A stretch of DNA of 64,000 nucleotides from Pelomyxa schiedti (Eukaryota; Protista; Evosea), in contig JAHLWZ010000850.1 of the NCBI GenBank assembly GCA_020536535.1, forward strand, positions 1-64,000, read 5' to 3'. This document shows positions 1 to 12,739 of this stretch, piece after piece. The translations under genes were made by a program, and so were the position numbers. The notes under the pieces were generated by a model. The model searched no databases, was not told the DNA's origin, and saw only the letters and a program-made list of their open reading frames with translations. The stretch's first letter is position 1, and each line of letters starts with the position of its first letter.

Positions 1-433
1 CGGGCTTTTGCCACATGGATAGGTTTCTTCTTTGCTTCATTGACTTGGGTTTTTTTTTATTTGGGGTGTTGCTGATATACCAGGACAAACTATCAAACTA
101 ACAAGACCACACAGGTGGCTGTGCTGTTGCGTCATTGAGTACATTTTCACAGAGATGCTTCAGTAGAGAGGTTATGGATGCCTGTGGGCCCGATTTCGTG
201 AATCAGTTGATGTACCCTTTGACTGCACTGGACCCACGAAACGAGAACGTGTGAGGGGGAAAAGAAACAGATGTTGACCTTGAAAATAAAGGCCCAGCAA
301 CACAAACATCCTGTTGTTCCAGATTCGAGATCTCAAGACATCAAGTCGATCTAAGAAATTGGTCGTGGAACCAATCGCTTCTGCGAACCTCGAGAACGAC
401 ACACAAACACAGCCAGCGGCGGCGCGAGCACAG

Positions 434-3400
434 ATGTCGGAGGGCAGCAAGATATCGGCGCACGAGTTCCTGATGGGGTCGTTCTCTTCGGCGTCGTCGG
501 CGAGCAGCGTGGGGAGCAGCAACAGCAGCACCGACTCGGACCGCAACGACGACCACGAGTACGAAGACGACAGCTGCCCAGAAACCACTGGGGGCCGAAC
601 CACTTCCGAGTCTCCCACCAAAAACACCGACGGCGAGTCTGCTGCCGCCTCTACGGCGACGGCGACGGCAACAGCGGCAACGTCAACATCGACGGCACCA
701 CCAGGCGCCCCCACGAGCTCGTCCAAGGCCCACCCCGGGGTGCTGCGCAAGAGGCGCCCGCCCGACGTCGCCACCACGCCGAGCACCGGGGGCAGCATCA
801 AGTGGAAGACGCCCGAGGTGATCTCGGAGCGCGGGAACCCCGGGGGCGCCCGCGCGGCCCGCTCCAGGAGGCGCGGGGCCTCGGGCGCCGCCAGCGCCAA
901 GGACAAGGACCCCGGGGGCGGCGGCGGCGGGCAGGACAACCTGCTGGAGAGCGAGGGCTCGTGCGACCCCGGCATGGCCCACGGCCTGGGCGGCGCGGCC
1001 GCCGAGGGCAGCAGCGCGGTCAGCGGCAACGCCAACAGCAACAACAGCAGCATGAGCTGGCGGCCGACGCCGCGGGGGGTCTACATGCGGGGCCCCGCTG
1101 TCTTTGGCGGCGCTGGTGGCAGTAGCGGCGGCGGCGGTAGCGACGATAATGGGAGGAAAATTGGCGGCGGTGGCGGTGGCGGCGGCGGCAGTGATTCCGG
1201 TGGTGGAATTGGAGGTGCTAGTGGCGGGGAGGACGACGAGGAGGAGGGGGATTATGGGCAGTGGAAGGCAAAGCCGAGGCACAAGGACGCTGAGACTGGC
1301 GGATACCTTCACGTTGACATTCCTGATGATGTTAGCAGTGAGGCCACATCAGTGACCGCATTCTCTTGGGGACTCAGCTCGAGCTTGGGGAGCAATCTGG
1401 GAGGTGCCGCGCCGAATTCCGGCATCGGAACCAGTTTTGGGGATGCTAGAATGGGTATCACTGATTCTGCAATTGATGATGATTCGGCAATACCCTTCAC
1501 ACAACAACTGTCATATCAACTTTTGAAGCTATCTGCGTTTTTGACCAAAAAACCTTCTGCACAAAGCCTTTCTGTGTTGTTTTTTGTAATTCAAATCCTT
1601 CAGGTTTTCCAAGTAAATATCTTTTATTTTTCCTCATCAACTTAGTTGATCAGTTTTGCCTTTGGGTCTGACATGAACACTTTCCACACTAAGCGATGCT
1701 TCACAGCTGCCAGCTGGCTTTCTTCACTGCGATTGCTTGTTCTCATTCCCCCACTGGAATCTGGTACTGAAAGTTTTGAAGTTGCTTCACTTGAGCATTT
1801 TACATCATGCTCGGGCTTGAATATGAGCGTTGCTTCCACACTTGAAGCTGAAGCTGAGATTGTATATACTGGATCATACCAGTTTCTCTTATATGAGAAC
1901 TATTCCGCCCTTGTATTTTTTAGTGTCTATTTGTTTATATGCCTTGCAAGTGGAGTATTTTCCTATTGGAGGCAGATTAAAATGTTCCGCGGGACTGTAC
2001 TTGCCACTTTATCACGCTATATGGTTTCCAAACCATCCCAACTTTGGTTTTTCACTCTCTCTAGATAGAGCTATGGAGTACCGTACTGCTACCCCCTTTC
2101 CTTTTTATGTGTTTCACACTCATGGCTCTTGCAGTTAAACAATGGGACGACAAGCCTGTATCCCCCTTTCTCTGGTATATTTGTTTCTCATGTGAAAAAA
2201 AAATAGAGTCTCATTAAGGGTTTATGTTCTTTGGTTGCAGCATTTGTTGGCGTTGCCATTTCTATTGTATCCAGTCTAAATCAGGTATACTTATTTTCTT
2301 GAAGGTGTCTAACATCCCTGTGTAGTATGACTTGCTGAGATCTTCACACCACTGTTTTTCTCGTATACTATCTCGCACAGAATTCGTCCACACGATTGGG
2401 GTTTCATTTCCTTAGTCCTGCCAATTTAGTTACTCTCTTCAAGGTAATTGTACTTGTTGGATTGAGCTCTCTAAAGAACTGGGAGATCTTTGGAAGATTT
2501 CCAGAAATATCTGTAACAGGAGTACATTCACTTTCATACTCATTTTTCCCAAAGGTCCAATGTTCGCTATTGATCTTGTCCATAGTAGAGATGTTTTATA
2601 TTCTTTTTGCTGCCCCATACCACCGTTGGTGGGTCAACTACTTAAAGCTGTCGACTTATGCTCTCACATTGTTCGCCTCAGTACTATCACTGTTGGCTCC
2701 TGTATGTAATACCACAAAACTGCAAAAGGTTCAACCAAGAAAATAGGTACTTGAGCCTTCTTTTAACTGTGCCCTGATGATATTTTGGGTTCTTGCTCTT
2801 CCTGTGGGAACTACTGCGTGGGTGGGTGGTGTAGTGTTTTTCCGCAATACAACAAAAATGTTGAACGGATTGATGGGTGAGTTAGCTAAGGATGGTGTTT
2901 CATCATTGCCCCAAAGTAAAGTGGATATTCTAAATGTGCGACATCTTCTGCTTGGTGTGAATCATGTGTACTGGGATATCCTTGCTGAAAAGGTTTTCAT
3001 TTACTCATCAATATCAGACACTTCTTATTTGTGCAGAATGAGATCTCCCAAGAGACTTGGTCAGAAAAAATTTGTGAGCTGTTCATTTCTATTATTGACC
3101 AACAGGCACCTAAAGCAAAAGGACTCTCAGAAATTGTATCGTTTCATTTATCTTTTCACCTATCTTGATTGACTTGTTCTTTAGCTTTACTGCGTTTTCC
3201 TTCTGGAACTAAAGGACCATCAAGCAGTGATGGTACACCTTGGCCGAATTAAGGGTACCAGAATCTGGCTTGATCAAGCACTTCTCCGAAATCGTATTGC
3301 AGAGGAGCGTCAGCTTCTTCATTCTACTGAAAGTGGTGAAGATTTAAATAAGGTAGCAATGTTAGTCGGGTGAAAAAACCTACATTCACCTTATGCCAGG

Positions 3401-6400
3401 GGATTGCAGAGGCCTCTCTGCTTGCCATCAAAGCTCAAGCGTTTCTCCGTAACTTCTGGAAACAACTGATCAACAAAAACACACATGGTTTATTGGAGAT
3501 TATCACTGAGTTGGACAGTGTCGAAGAACGTGCAATAGAAATCTTTGAACAACTGAGAGCAGCACACCCTAAGTCAATCAAGGTAGGTTAAAGGGATTAA
3601 GTTTCCTCTTTTCACTCGTACTGCAAGGTTATACGACAGTATGCACTGTTCCTTGAGAATGTCAAGCATGACTATGATCTCTCCCAAGAGCTTTCCCACT
3701 TTGCTGACGGGCTCGAAGAGATGCAGTCACGAGAAACCACCAAACGACGTTATTTGAACAACAACATTGAGGAACATGCCGTCACACTCGCAAGACTGAA
3801 AAGCGATACTAATGTGAGATTTTCTTCAACAGAAAATTCTTCTCAAGAAGGTACCTAAGTAGTACTTTTTTTTTTTCTGACTGAATTTATAGATGTTAAA
3901 GATATACCCGATTTTGATTCTTATTACCAAAAACAGTTGGATGTTGAGAGATTTAGAATTTACCAGAATAGAGTGTCGAACCTCCGAGGCTATCTCTCGA
4001 AGTATCTCTCCCTTAAGTACCATTCTTCTTATCTTTGCAGACAACTTCTTGCCTCTGTTATTATTTTGCTCGCAGTTTCCTTGGTTTTCATTACCGGAGC
4101 ATTTTATTTTGTGATCTCCAGCATAACAGCTACCAAAGAATCCTATGTAGCATTCAGCAATATCTCTGACATTAGACTGTAATTATCTCATTTTTGTATG
4201 TGCTAAAAAAGGACTCAGGTGTATCTCCTCTATGACCCTTTCTGTGCAGTCATCATTAGGGGCAAAGCAGCACGGTGAAGATCTCAATGCAACTAAAATG
4301 GAGCTAGAATCCTTAGGCTACGCCCTTGAAATTCTTATTCACGATACATGTACTTGGTTATTTCTTCATTGCTTTCTCTGACGGTACTCATACCAGATGA
4401 ATACACTTACAAGAGTCACTCTAATGCACTTGCTCTCTGGGAGGAACCCATTCATCCAGTACAACTGTGGAACACCTACACACAGACCAGAACGCTTTTA
4501 ACCTTATCTGCGAAGCAAATTTTAGATGAATTTAAACGGAGGTCAATCACTGTTAGTATGCTCTTATACCATGGGGCAACCAACCTAACTACAGACTCCG
4601 ATGTTCGGTTTATTCTAGTATCTTTCCTGCAACTTTCTCATTTCTTTTCACATTTATTTGCAAAAGGACAATGGTGGCACAGCAGATTCAACAGTGGGTG
4701 TTCTACTCACCTTTTACTACGATTTTGCACGTCATGCGATTCATAAAGGCGTGGTTATCTTGTATTCCCTGATTCCAGCTATGTTTGCTTTTGTGTGTAG
4801 AAATTTTCAGCTTCCTTTATCTTAATTCTTCAAGGTATTTATATTGATGGCACTTCTTGCATGGCGTTCCTCAATTTCCCTTAGTGAAGTTCGAACTTCT
4901 ATTTGAAAATTATCTCTAACAATCGGTAGTCTCGAAGGGGTCTGATTGAATTGTTATTCTCTATACCACAGGATGTAATTGTTGAAGTCTACCACAGCTG
5001 CGGTGGAGCTGGTGTAATTGACAGGAATCACAGTATTTTCCTTTTTTTATATTTTTTTGAAAAACAACAATCCACAAGTTCTAATTTTTTCAGCGTCAGA
5101 AGTAGAAACTACTGAGACCCATTTTGGATTTACATCAGAAAAGGGGTTGATTCTCAAGTAAGAGTTGTGTATAAATCAGTTCTAATATTTTTCTAGGCTA
5201 GTTCTATCTCTTTCCTTTCTCCTGTTAATTTTTCTGGTCATCTGTATCTATGGCAGTGTATTGCTCTCATACGCATCCTCAATGATCTCATTCTCACGAG
5301 TAAAATTTGAAGAGCATTCCCTCCTACATGGGAGTCACGTGAGCGCTGCTGCACTAGTTAACAGTGATATATTCAGTCTCACTTCAATTGCGGAAGTCAA
5401 AGATGCCCTGACAACACAAGTCACTGACTATGATGATTTGGAAAATCAGTTGTGTCAAAATACCCACAATACATATCTAACAATACAACACCTTTACAGC
5501 CAGGACCGTCTTAGTGCAGATTTCCTTTCCAATAAAGACATCGACTACATCTATCTTCATAGAAATTGCACGGATTTTGCAGGTCTGGATATTGGTTATT
5601 GCAAGGGATTATACGACATGATTGACATCTACCATCTAAACTTACAGTCTCTCCTAGTACATGGCCTTTAACTTCTCACGGAGATTCTGATATTCTTTCA
5701 GGAAACTGACAGTCCTCTTGTTATTGATGGACACTGGGAAATTATCCACACACTTGAGCCAGGTACTCGACCGCCAAAACGTGGAGATTTTTAAACTTTT
5801 CCTGAGATGGAATTTATACCTGGTTTGGGGAATCTAATATGGTGTTCATTTCTGTGTTGTTGGGCAAGCTCAGGACACTTCAAATTACATGCAAAGTTTT
5901 ATTTGCATTTACTTTACCGTCAGTATTATTGGCGTACATGATAGTTCATTTTTCGTTGAGGAAAATTCGTGTGGAGTACAACAGAATAGTGAGTGTATGT
6001 ACCATGGTAGTCTGTACCCAAGTTGACAGCTCTTCAGATGTTCCTACTGATACCGATCAAGTACATCGATTCGATTCTAGAAATTAAGAATTTCTTAGAG
6101 ACAGGTTCCCAGCTATTCATTTCTGAAACCTCACTTCTTGAAGGGAAACTAGTCACCAATATTTTGGACTTAGAGTTAAGAAATCTTCAAAATAATGCTG
6201 ATCTATCTGAGGAACCAAGTAGTCTCGCTTTCGTTTTCCAGATCATTCACATTCGGCAGGAGTAATTGTAACAGGGAAGGATGTAATTAAACATGCCAAC
6301 CCAGCGGCCGTTGCGCTCCTGGGGTTTCTCTTCACAGTGGAAGATTGCCTTCTCATTTCTTTATTAGATACACTGCACGGGAACTTGAAGACAAACCTTT

Positions 6401-7498
6401 GAATCGTCTACTTCCCGACGTTACAGATTACTGCCATTTGTTTGAGTGTCGAGCAAATGGAAAAACTGATATACCAGTTTTTGGCATTGCATTTCTCTGG
6501 GGAAACTACAAAGATGGTCCAACAATACTCAAAGATGCGTTCTAGCTCATAACCTACAGTGCATCTTAGAGACTGCCGCACAGCAAAAATATATCAGGCA
6601 TTACTGACGGAAAGGAATACTGCCCTTTCGCAACTAGGACCAGGTGAAATATCTGACGCCTTACTTCAGTATCTAGTAAGCCCCTCTACAAGTACCATAG
6701 CAGTGGACACTTCCAATGCGGTAAAAGAAACACCTTAACTCACTCTATCCTCACATATTTTCAGGTTACAGTAATCTTTGCAAAGCTGATCAAGTATAAT
6801 CCCCTTTTTTTGTTAACTATACTTATGGTTTCAGTCTTTATCAAGTTGGATCGTATTGCCCTTCCACAGACTTCTTGCGGAAGTTGAACGTTCTTGTGTG
6901 TTCCTGGGACAAGATTGCCTTCTCACACGACATACACAAGCTTCATGTACTTTTTGTTCCTGCCGTAGTCATTCCCTGAAAGATACCTAGAACGTCGGCT
7001 CTGAATTTATCTACTTGAGTGGGTACCTCAGTCCTACTGAGGACCAGGAGGCAAGGGCGATTACATTTGGAAAAGAGATATTACATAAACTTCTACAATT
7101 CAACCTGGAGCATCATACCGACCTCAAAATGTCCATAGGTGGGACTAACATACACCACAAATACCTAAAATGACTTTAGGAGTGCACAGTGGGCCAGTGT
7201 CAACTGGGGTTTATGGACTAACGCGAATATGGTATCTATGTGAAACCCAAACAGCTTCTTCCTAACTTTTGACAGCTTAACAATGTGGAGTGTTGTACTT
7301 GAGGATGCAAGGCTCCTACAATCACGTGGGCCAAGCAACTCCCTCAATGTAATAACTCCCTTTATAAATGGTTCCTCACAAAAGCTCAAGGTTTCGTCTG
7401 TAACAGCAAGGGCCGCCCAGCAACTATGCAAGGACTTTGTAGTTTCACCTTCACAAACCTCCGGCTCTGATTCAGTTTATGTATATGCTCTAGGGTAG
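434..7498 (+). CDS. Large multi-exon membrane protein: low-complexity N-terminus, multi-TM region, TmcB/TmcC-like helical region, PAS domain, degenerate class III cyclase domain
   Basis: Many hydrophobic exons. 'LRAAHPKSIKVIRQYALFLENV' resembles the Tmc helical/TPR region. PAS-like 'VIKHANPAAVALLG/YTARELEDKPLNRLLP' at ~6280-6420. Cyclase-like 'VTVIFAKL...GVHSGPVSTGVYG...WSVVLEDARLLQS'. ATG 434, TAG 7498. Confidence 0.75.
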
Positions 7499-7575
7499 AG
7501 GTTCCTTTTTGTCAATATAAAACAATGGTTGTTTGTACTGCTTTTTTATATTTTTACTATTAATACTGGGTATTG

Positions 7576-9848
7576 TCACGAGTGGTGTGTGGCTTCGCTC
7601 TCCTGATCGTCTCCTGCTTCTTCCTCGTCATTATTCTCATCATCCTCATCCTCACTACTTTCACTGAGAACCGGTTCTAGTTCCTCAATAAAGTGCACCA
7701 TGTCAAAATCAGTCGCCGAATCATCATCGGAATCAGAGTCATCGTCGTCATCTTCTTCTGAGGAGTGGGTGGTGTGGTCCCTGTGAGTGAGTAAGGAGGT
7801 TTAGAGTAAAACTAAAATAAACTAACCTTAGGAAGTTGAACATTGCCAGTGTGGCCGGGGATTCGTCAGTAGTATCCTCCTCATCATCAGCACCCTCCAA
7901 ATGTAACAGAGCTTCCAATGTACTTTGTGGGGTAAAGCGGTTTTGTCATTTGGTATTTGGGAATTACCTCACTGGAGGGGGAGTTACAAAGGGTGCATCC
8001 TGTTGTTGTGTGCGAACAAGTTTATAGGGACTCCAGAGCTTTATGTGCTTTTCTACACCTGAGGCGGCTTGAGACTGAGGTGTGTAAGTGGGGGAGAGAG
8101 ATGGACCTGCTGTAGCCATAATGGGATGAGTGGGATGAAATCGGATATTATTTACAATGGAACTGCCGGGCCACAACACAAGCAAGGTTGGTTGGTTAGT
8201 GTTTTTTGAAAGGAGAGTGGCCGCCCTACTTGTGCCCTAGGAGAATGTTTTTTGTCTGGTATACTACAGGCATGCTACTCAAAAATCGGATTTTTCCTTC
8301 AGTGAGGGTGCTTCTGTTTCAAGTGGTAGAAACTAAAGAAAAAAAAAACTTACACTAGCTCCTCTGGGGGTGAAGATAAAAGGCAAGGATCATCCAAGGA
8401 AAAGGGTATCTTCCACAAGTATATCCGGGAATCATCCCCTCCAGATGCCTTAGAAGATCAAAAAGAAAAAAAAAGTACACAAGAACATACAACGTACTCG
8501 TCTAGGGGGAATGGCGAGAAAAAGTTTCAGTGGGTAAAAGGGGTGAAAGCTACAACCTTGAGAACCAACGAAATCAACACTTTTCATTGTGCAGGAATTG
8601 CGATACTGTTCATTAAAAAATGAGCAGAAAGGCTGGGTTTCCTTCACAGAGTAGAGGGCAGGATATCGACATTGCACAGAGACAACTGGAGTAACACAAA
8701 TGCATTAGATAGTATGACTGTATTAGGGAGGTAGACCAAAATGGGTGCCCTGTGCATTGAAGGTAGCAGAACTGGGATTACCACAATAAAAATAAGACTT
8801 AAGAGGTGACTTGGAGTGAATTTTCCGCATATCCCACAATCTAATGACACAAGCATGATAAACCTTTGGCCATAATGATTGAGTAAAAATGCCTACTCTA
8901 TTCCTGAAGAACTATTTGCTGTCAAAAATGTCCCATCAAAAGGGTGCCAGTCTACTGAGTTGAAAGGATGTAAAACTCCATTCTGCAGTACTGCCTGGGG
9001 GGTAGTGTTGACCCTGGTATCCCACAAAGCCACAGTACTATCTTCACTGTGACCAGCTTACAAATACAATTACCACAAGTCGCTTGTACCTGGCAGAGAG
9101 AATAATGTTGTAGTTGTAGGGAAACACACTGACTTAGGGTCGGTTATTGTCTGCCAGAAAAGTAATGAAAAAACCTCTGGCAACTGAAGCTACATGATGG
9201 CGCAGTGACAACACTGGCATTGCTTAAAAAAGAGTGAGATTTTTTGGAGAAAAAGCAGAGTACTACTTTTTTTGACACTAGTTCTGGATACATCATAGCA
9301 AAAGACCTTTTGATGGTTCAATAGGAAACAACTCACAGGTAAGATAATGCCTTGGCATCATTTCCACATGACACAATTGTGTGATTGTCACCACTAAAAG
9401 TTGCACATAATATATTTGATTTGTGGCCAATAAGCTCACCCACATGCTTGGCTGCTTCCAGTGGCCCAAATACCTGTCATTTTGAGTTGATTATTTTTAC
9501 CAAAAGTACTGTACATTCCACAACAGAATTCTTTTATCGTCACCTCCAGAGCACAATAACTTTCCATTTCCCTTACTGAAGTTTATAGTATTCACGCACC
9601 CAAAGTGTCCTTTTATTTTGCTGTAAAAAAAAGTTATTCTCTAAAAAAATGAGAAAAAAAAAGAAACTATAATAGTGCCGACAATTCAGTTCTACCATGA
9701 ATAAGGGAATCCACAAGACTCGACTTTGTTTGCTATCAATTGCCTGCTGTTCAATTTACCTGTCACTTGCCTGCACACTTGTCAGCTTTTGTGCAATACA
9801 ACTGCAAATATATCCAAACTACCATCCGGCGAGTGCTTCGAGGGTCAT
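7576..9848 (-). CDS. DDB1/CUL4-associated WD40 protein (DCAF5/WDR22-like) with acidic tail
   Basis: Spliced 'KIKGHFGCVNTINFS..LLCSGGDDKRILLWN', 'YRNSCTMKSVDF', 'SIVNNIRFHPTHPIMATAG/VEKHIKLWSPY'. D/E-rich C-terminus. Confidence 0.8.
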
Positions 9849-9919
9849 CGCTGATTAATTTCCGTTTCTCGAAACGATCTAGACAAGTGATGATGATCTC
9901 GCAATTAATTAACAGTAAG

Positions 9920-11735
9920 ATGCTAAGTACTACGAGCCGGTTCCGCACCCTGCACGACGACATAATACAAGTACAGCTCCCAACTTTCCGTGTAGCAATA
10001 CGTAACATGTTATTTTGTATGCATACCTCCAACCGAACACAACAAACAAGGGTAGGATATAGCTGGGGATTACTATGGCTGCAGGTTGGCAACTTGTTCT
10101 TCTGACAGTAGCATCAAAGTGTGGAACAGACGGCCTGTGAGTGCTGTGCGCAACAACACTCCTGTGGCTTCACAACTGTCTACATCTCTTACTGCCAATG
10201 TTTCTACTCCCACAATTGCCGTCACTGCCGCAGCAGTGCAAGGGGCACCGACGTTGATCCCAGTCACGTCTGCTTCATCTTCCAGTATCAATACTGGGAA
10301 TGTGCCTTTGGTATCCGCTACTACGAGTACGACAACTGCCGTAACACCTCTACCTTCAAACGGTTCTACAACCACGGAGAGTTTTCCTATTTCATCTGGG
10401 GGGAAAAGTCACAGTGGCGGCTCCCTTATTGACCCAGGGAGGACTGTTCCTATTCATTCAACCGGGCTAAATTCGTCTGCCTACGAATGGACAGTCTCAT
10501 GGGAGTGGAAGGTTAGTAGCCTCATTTTTCTCCCGTTGCTCAATCTTTTCCAAGGCTCACCAAGGAAGTGTATGGAAGGGTATGTTCTTATTAATGCAGT
10601 CTTACATCCGAGGATCCCTTCCCCACTTTTTACCATACATTAGTTGCATGGGCACATCCTGAATTTGGTCAGGTTATTGCTTCCTGCGGTTTTGACAAGA
10701 AAGTAATTGTTTGGGAGGAATATGAAGGTCAATACACGATCTGTTCTTTCTTCCAACTCCATTTTAGAGTTGGGAGTGAAAAAATGGAGATCAGTGGCAC
10801 AACACGTGGATGCTCGTGATTCAGTGGTGGACATCAAGTTTGCCCCCGCCCACTTAGGTCTAAAACTGGTACGATTTCATGAACAATCAAACAATTGAGA
10901 AATTGCAAGGCCACTTGCTCTGCTGATGGCTATGTAAGAATATATGAAGCATCTGAATTGACCAATTTGTCCCAATGGACTCTTACTGTACTTTCTTCAT
11001 TTTATGAATGATTCTCATTCCTCAATAAGACATTTGAAGCAGCAAAAAGCCCAGGTCAATGCACATGCATCTCTTGGAATTCCTCTCCATTCGAGAGACC
11101 AATGCTTATTGTGGGCACAACTGAGACCAAAGTCAAGGTTCATTTACTACAGTGGTAAATTTTATAACAGGGGAATTCTTGTTTACAGATATGGGAACAC
11201 AGTGCGGAGACTAGATCTTGGGTTTCCTATGCCGACCTGGATTCCGGTACTGATGGGACCAATGATATAGCGTGGGCACCTTCACTTGGGAGGTGACTAA
11301 TTCTGTTACATTTTGCCACTGAAAAACTGCTAAAGTTATATCCTAGATCGTATTACCTCATTGCTGTCGCACCGAAACGGGGTGTCACCAAACACGTGCG
11401 ATTGTACCGATTGACCAGAGACGCAGGGCCAAACAAATACAACCTTCAGGAGCTATCCCTTCCTCCACCACCCCACGCCCTTGAACTAGAGTCCGTTCAT
11501 GACCAACAACCACACCACCCTCTGCCTAGCACACAATCCTCAAAGCTAGTATCGGTAGCCTTCTTTCTCTTATCATAGCAAAATCTAATCACAGTGTGCC
11601 ATACAGGTACGTCGATTGGAGTGGAATATTACCGGCACTGTGCTAGCAGCATCTTTCGACGACGGAACCATTATTTTGTGGAAACAAGCACTAACAGGAG
11701 ACTGGATTGTGGTCAGTGTTTCCACCCAGGAATAA
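9920..11735 (+). CDS. SEH1: Nucleoporin/GATOR2 subunit Seh1 (WD40) with a Ser/Thr-rich insertion
   Basis: '[27 protein letters not shown]', '[26 protein letters not shown]', '[20 protein letters not shown]', '[18 protein letters not shown]'. Confidence 0.88.
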
Positions 11736-11850
11736 ATGAAAGATTTCTTTTCATTTTTGCGTTTGAAATCTTTTCTTTTTGTAATGGTAAAGAACAAAAT
11801 GGACAAGGTCCGGTTGGATTTTGTTTCCCTATAAAAGCTCTATTTAGCCA

Positions 11851-12529
11851 TTACTCAGACTTCTTCTTCCCTAATCTCTTCTCCTGTCTGGCCGCAAAGG
11901 CTTTTTTGGTGTTCTTGGCAACTGGTCTGCAACCCTCACGGAAATCATTGTGGAATTTAACTCTCACTTGCCTGGGTAAAAAGTAAGGGATTTGGAGGGC
12001 AAGAAAAGGAGGTCTCACTTGAGGTAGCGCATTCTTCCTGTTCCGGTTGTGCGGCGGCGGAGTGCCTTGTGGCTCCAGTGATCTATGTTTTAAAGGTGTG
12101 AAATTTTGTGCCAAGGGGGGGATGGTAGAGATAGTGTTTTGTGGGTTTGGTTATTTATTGTGTTGGGGTGTCATATTTTTGGTGAAGTGGAGCAAGGGTT
12201 AGGGCGTGCTTGTGTAATTTTGGGAAAAAGGAGGTGACATACATTTGCGCATTCTGGCGGCGGGGTAGCCACATGACGCGCACTTGTTGTGCTGAATGTG
12301 GAAGGAGCGTCTTCCACATCTGAGGCACAATCTGTGTGTTTTGTTGTGTCGTTTACCGAAGCTAGGTGTGCCCTTGCCCTGTTTTCAAGGTGTCATACTT
12401 CCGCAAGAAGAGAAATTAACAAACGCGACAAAAAAAAACTTCACGTAGGTGACGACGCAGCGGGGAAAAAAAAAGCCCAACACGACAGCGATAACAACAC
12501 ACTCAACAACAGCTACGAGATCTCACCAT
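11851..12529 (-). CDS. RPL37: 60S ribosomal protein L37 (eL37)
   Basis: Spliced: [67 protein letters not shown]...FHNDFREG. First coding exon is the ATG alone (12529-12527). Confidence 0.95.
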
Positions 12530-12739
12530 TTTATGAACCACGCGAAGAAAGGGGTGACGGCGGGGATGCCGGGTAGTGAACGAGACGCAAAAAACGAAAT
12601 TTAATTTCGGGAAGACGATGGAGAGCAAAAAATTCTAATAAAGAAGACGTCAGTTGCCACAACTGTTCAAAATTTTTCCACCAATTTTCTATCGTTCTAA
12701 TTTCTATCAGCCAGAGATAGGAAAAACTTTTCGTTTCTT

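Noticed and set aside
1-310. Possible 5' part of a minus-strand gene running off the window
   Set aside because: No consistent spliced frame or recognisable motif could be built.
172-1312. Long minus-strand ORFs (293 aa, 209 aa)
   Set aside because: Antisense shadows of the GC-rich low-complexity first exon of the + strand gene.
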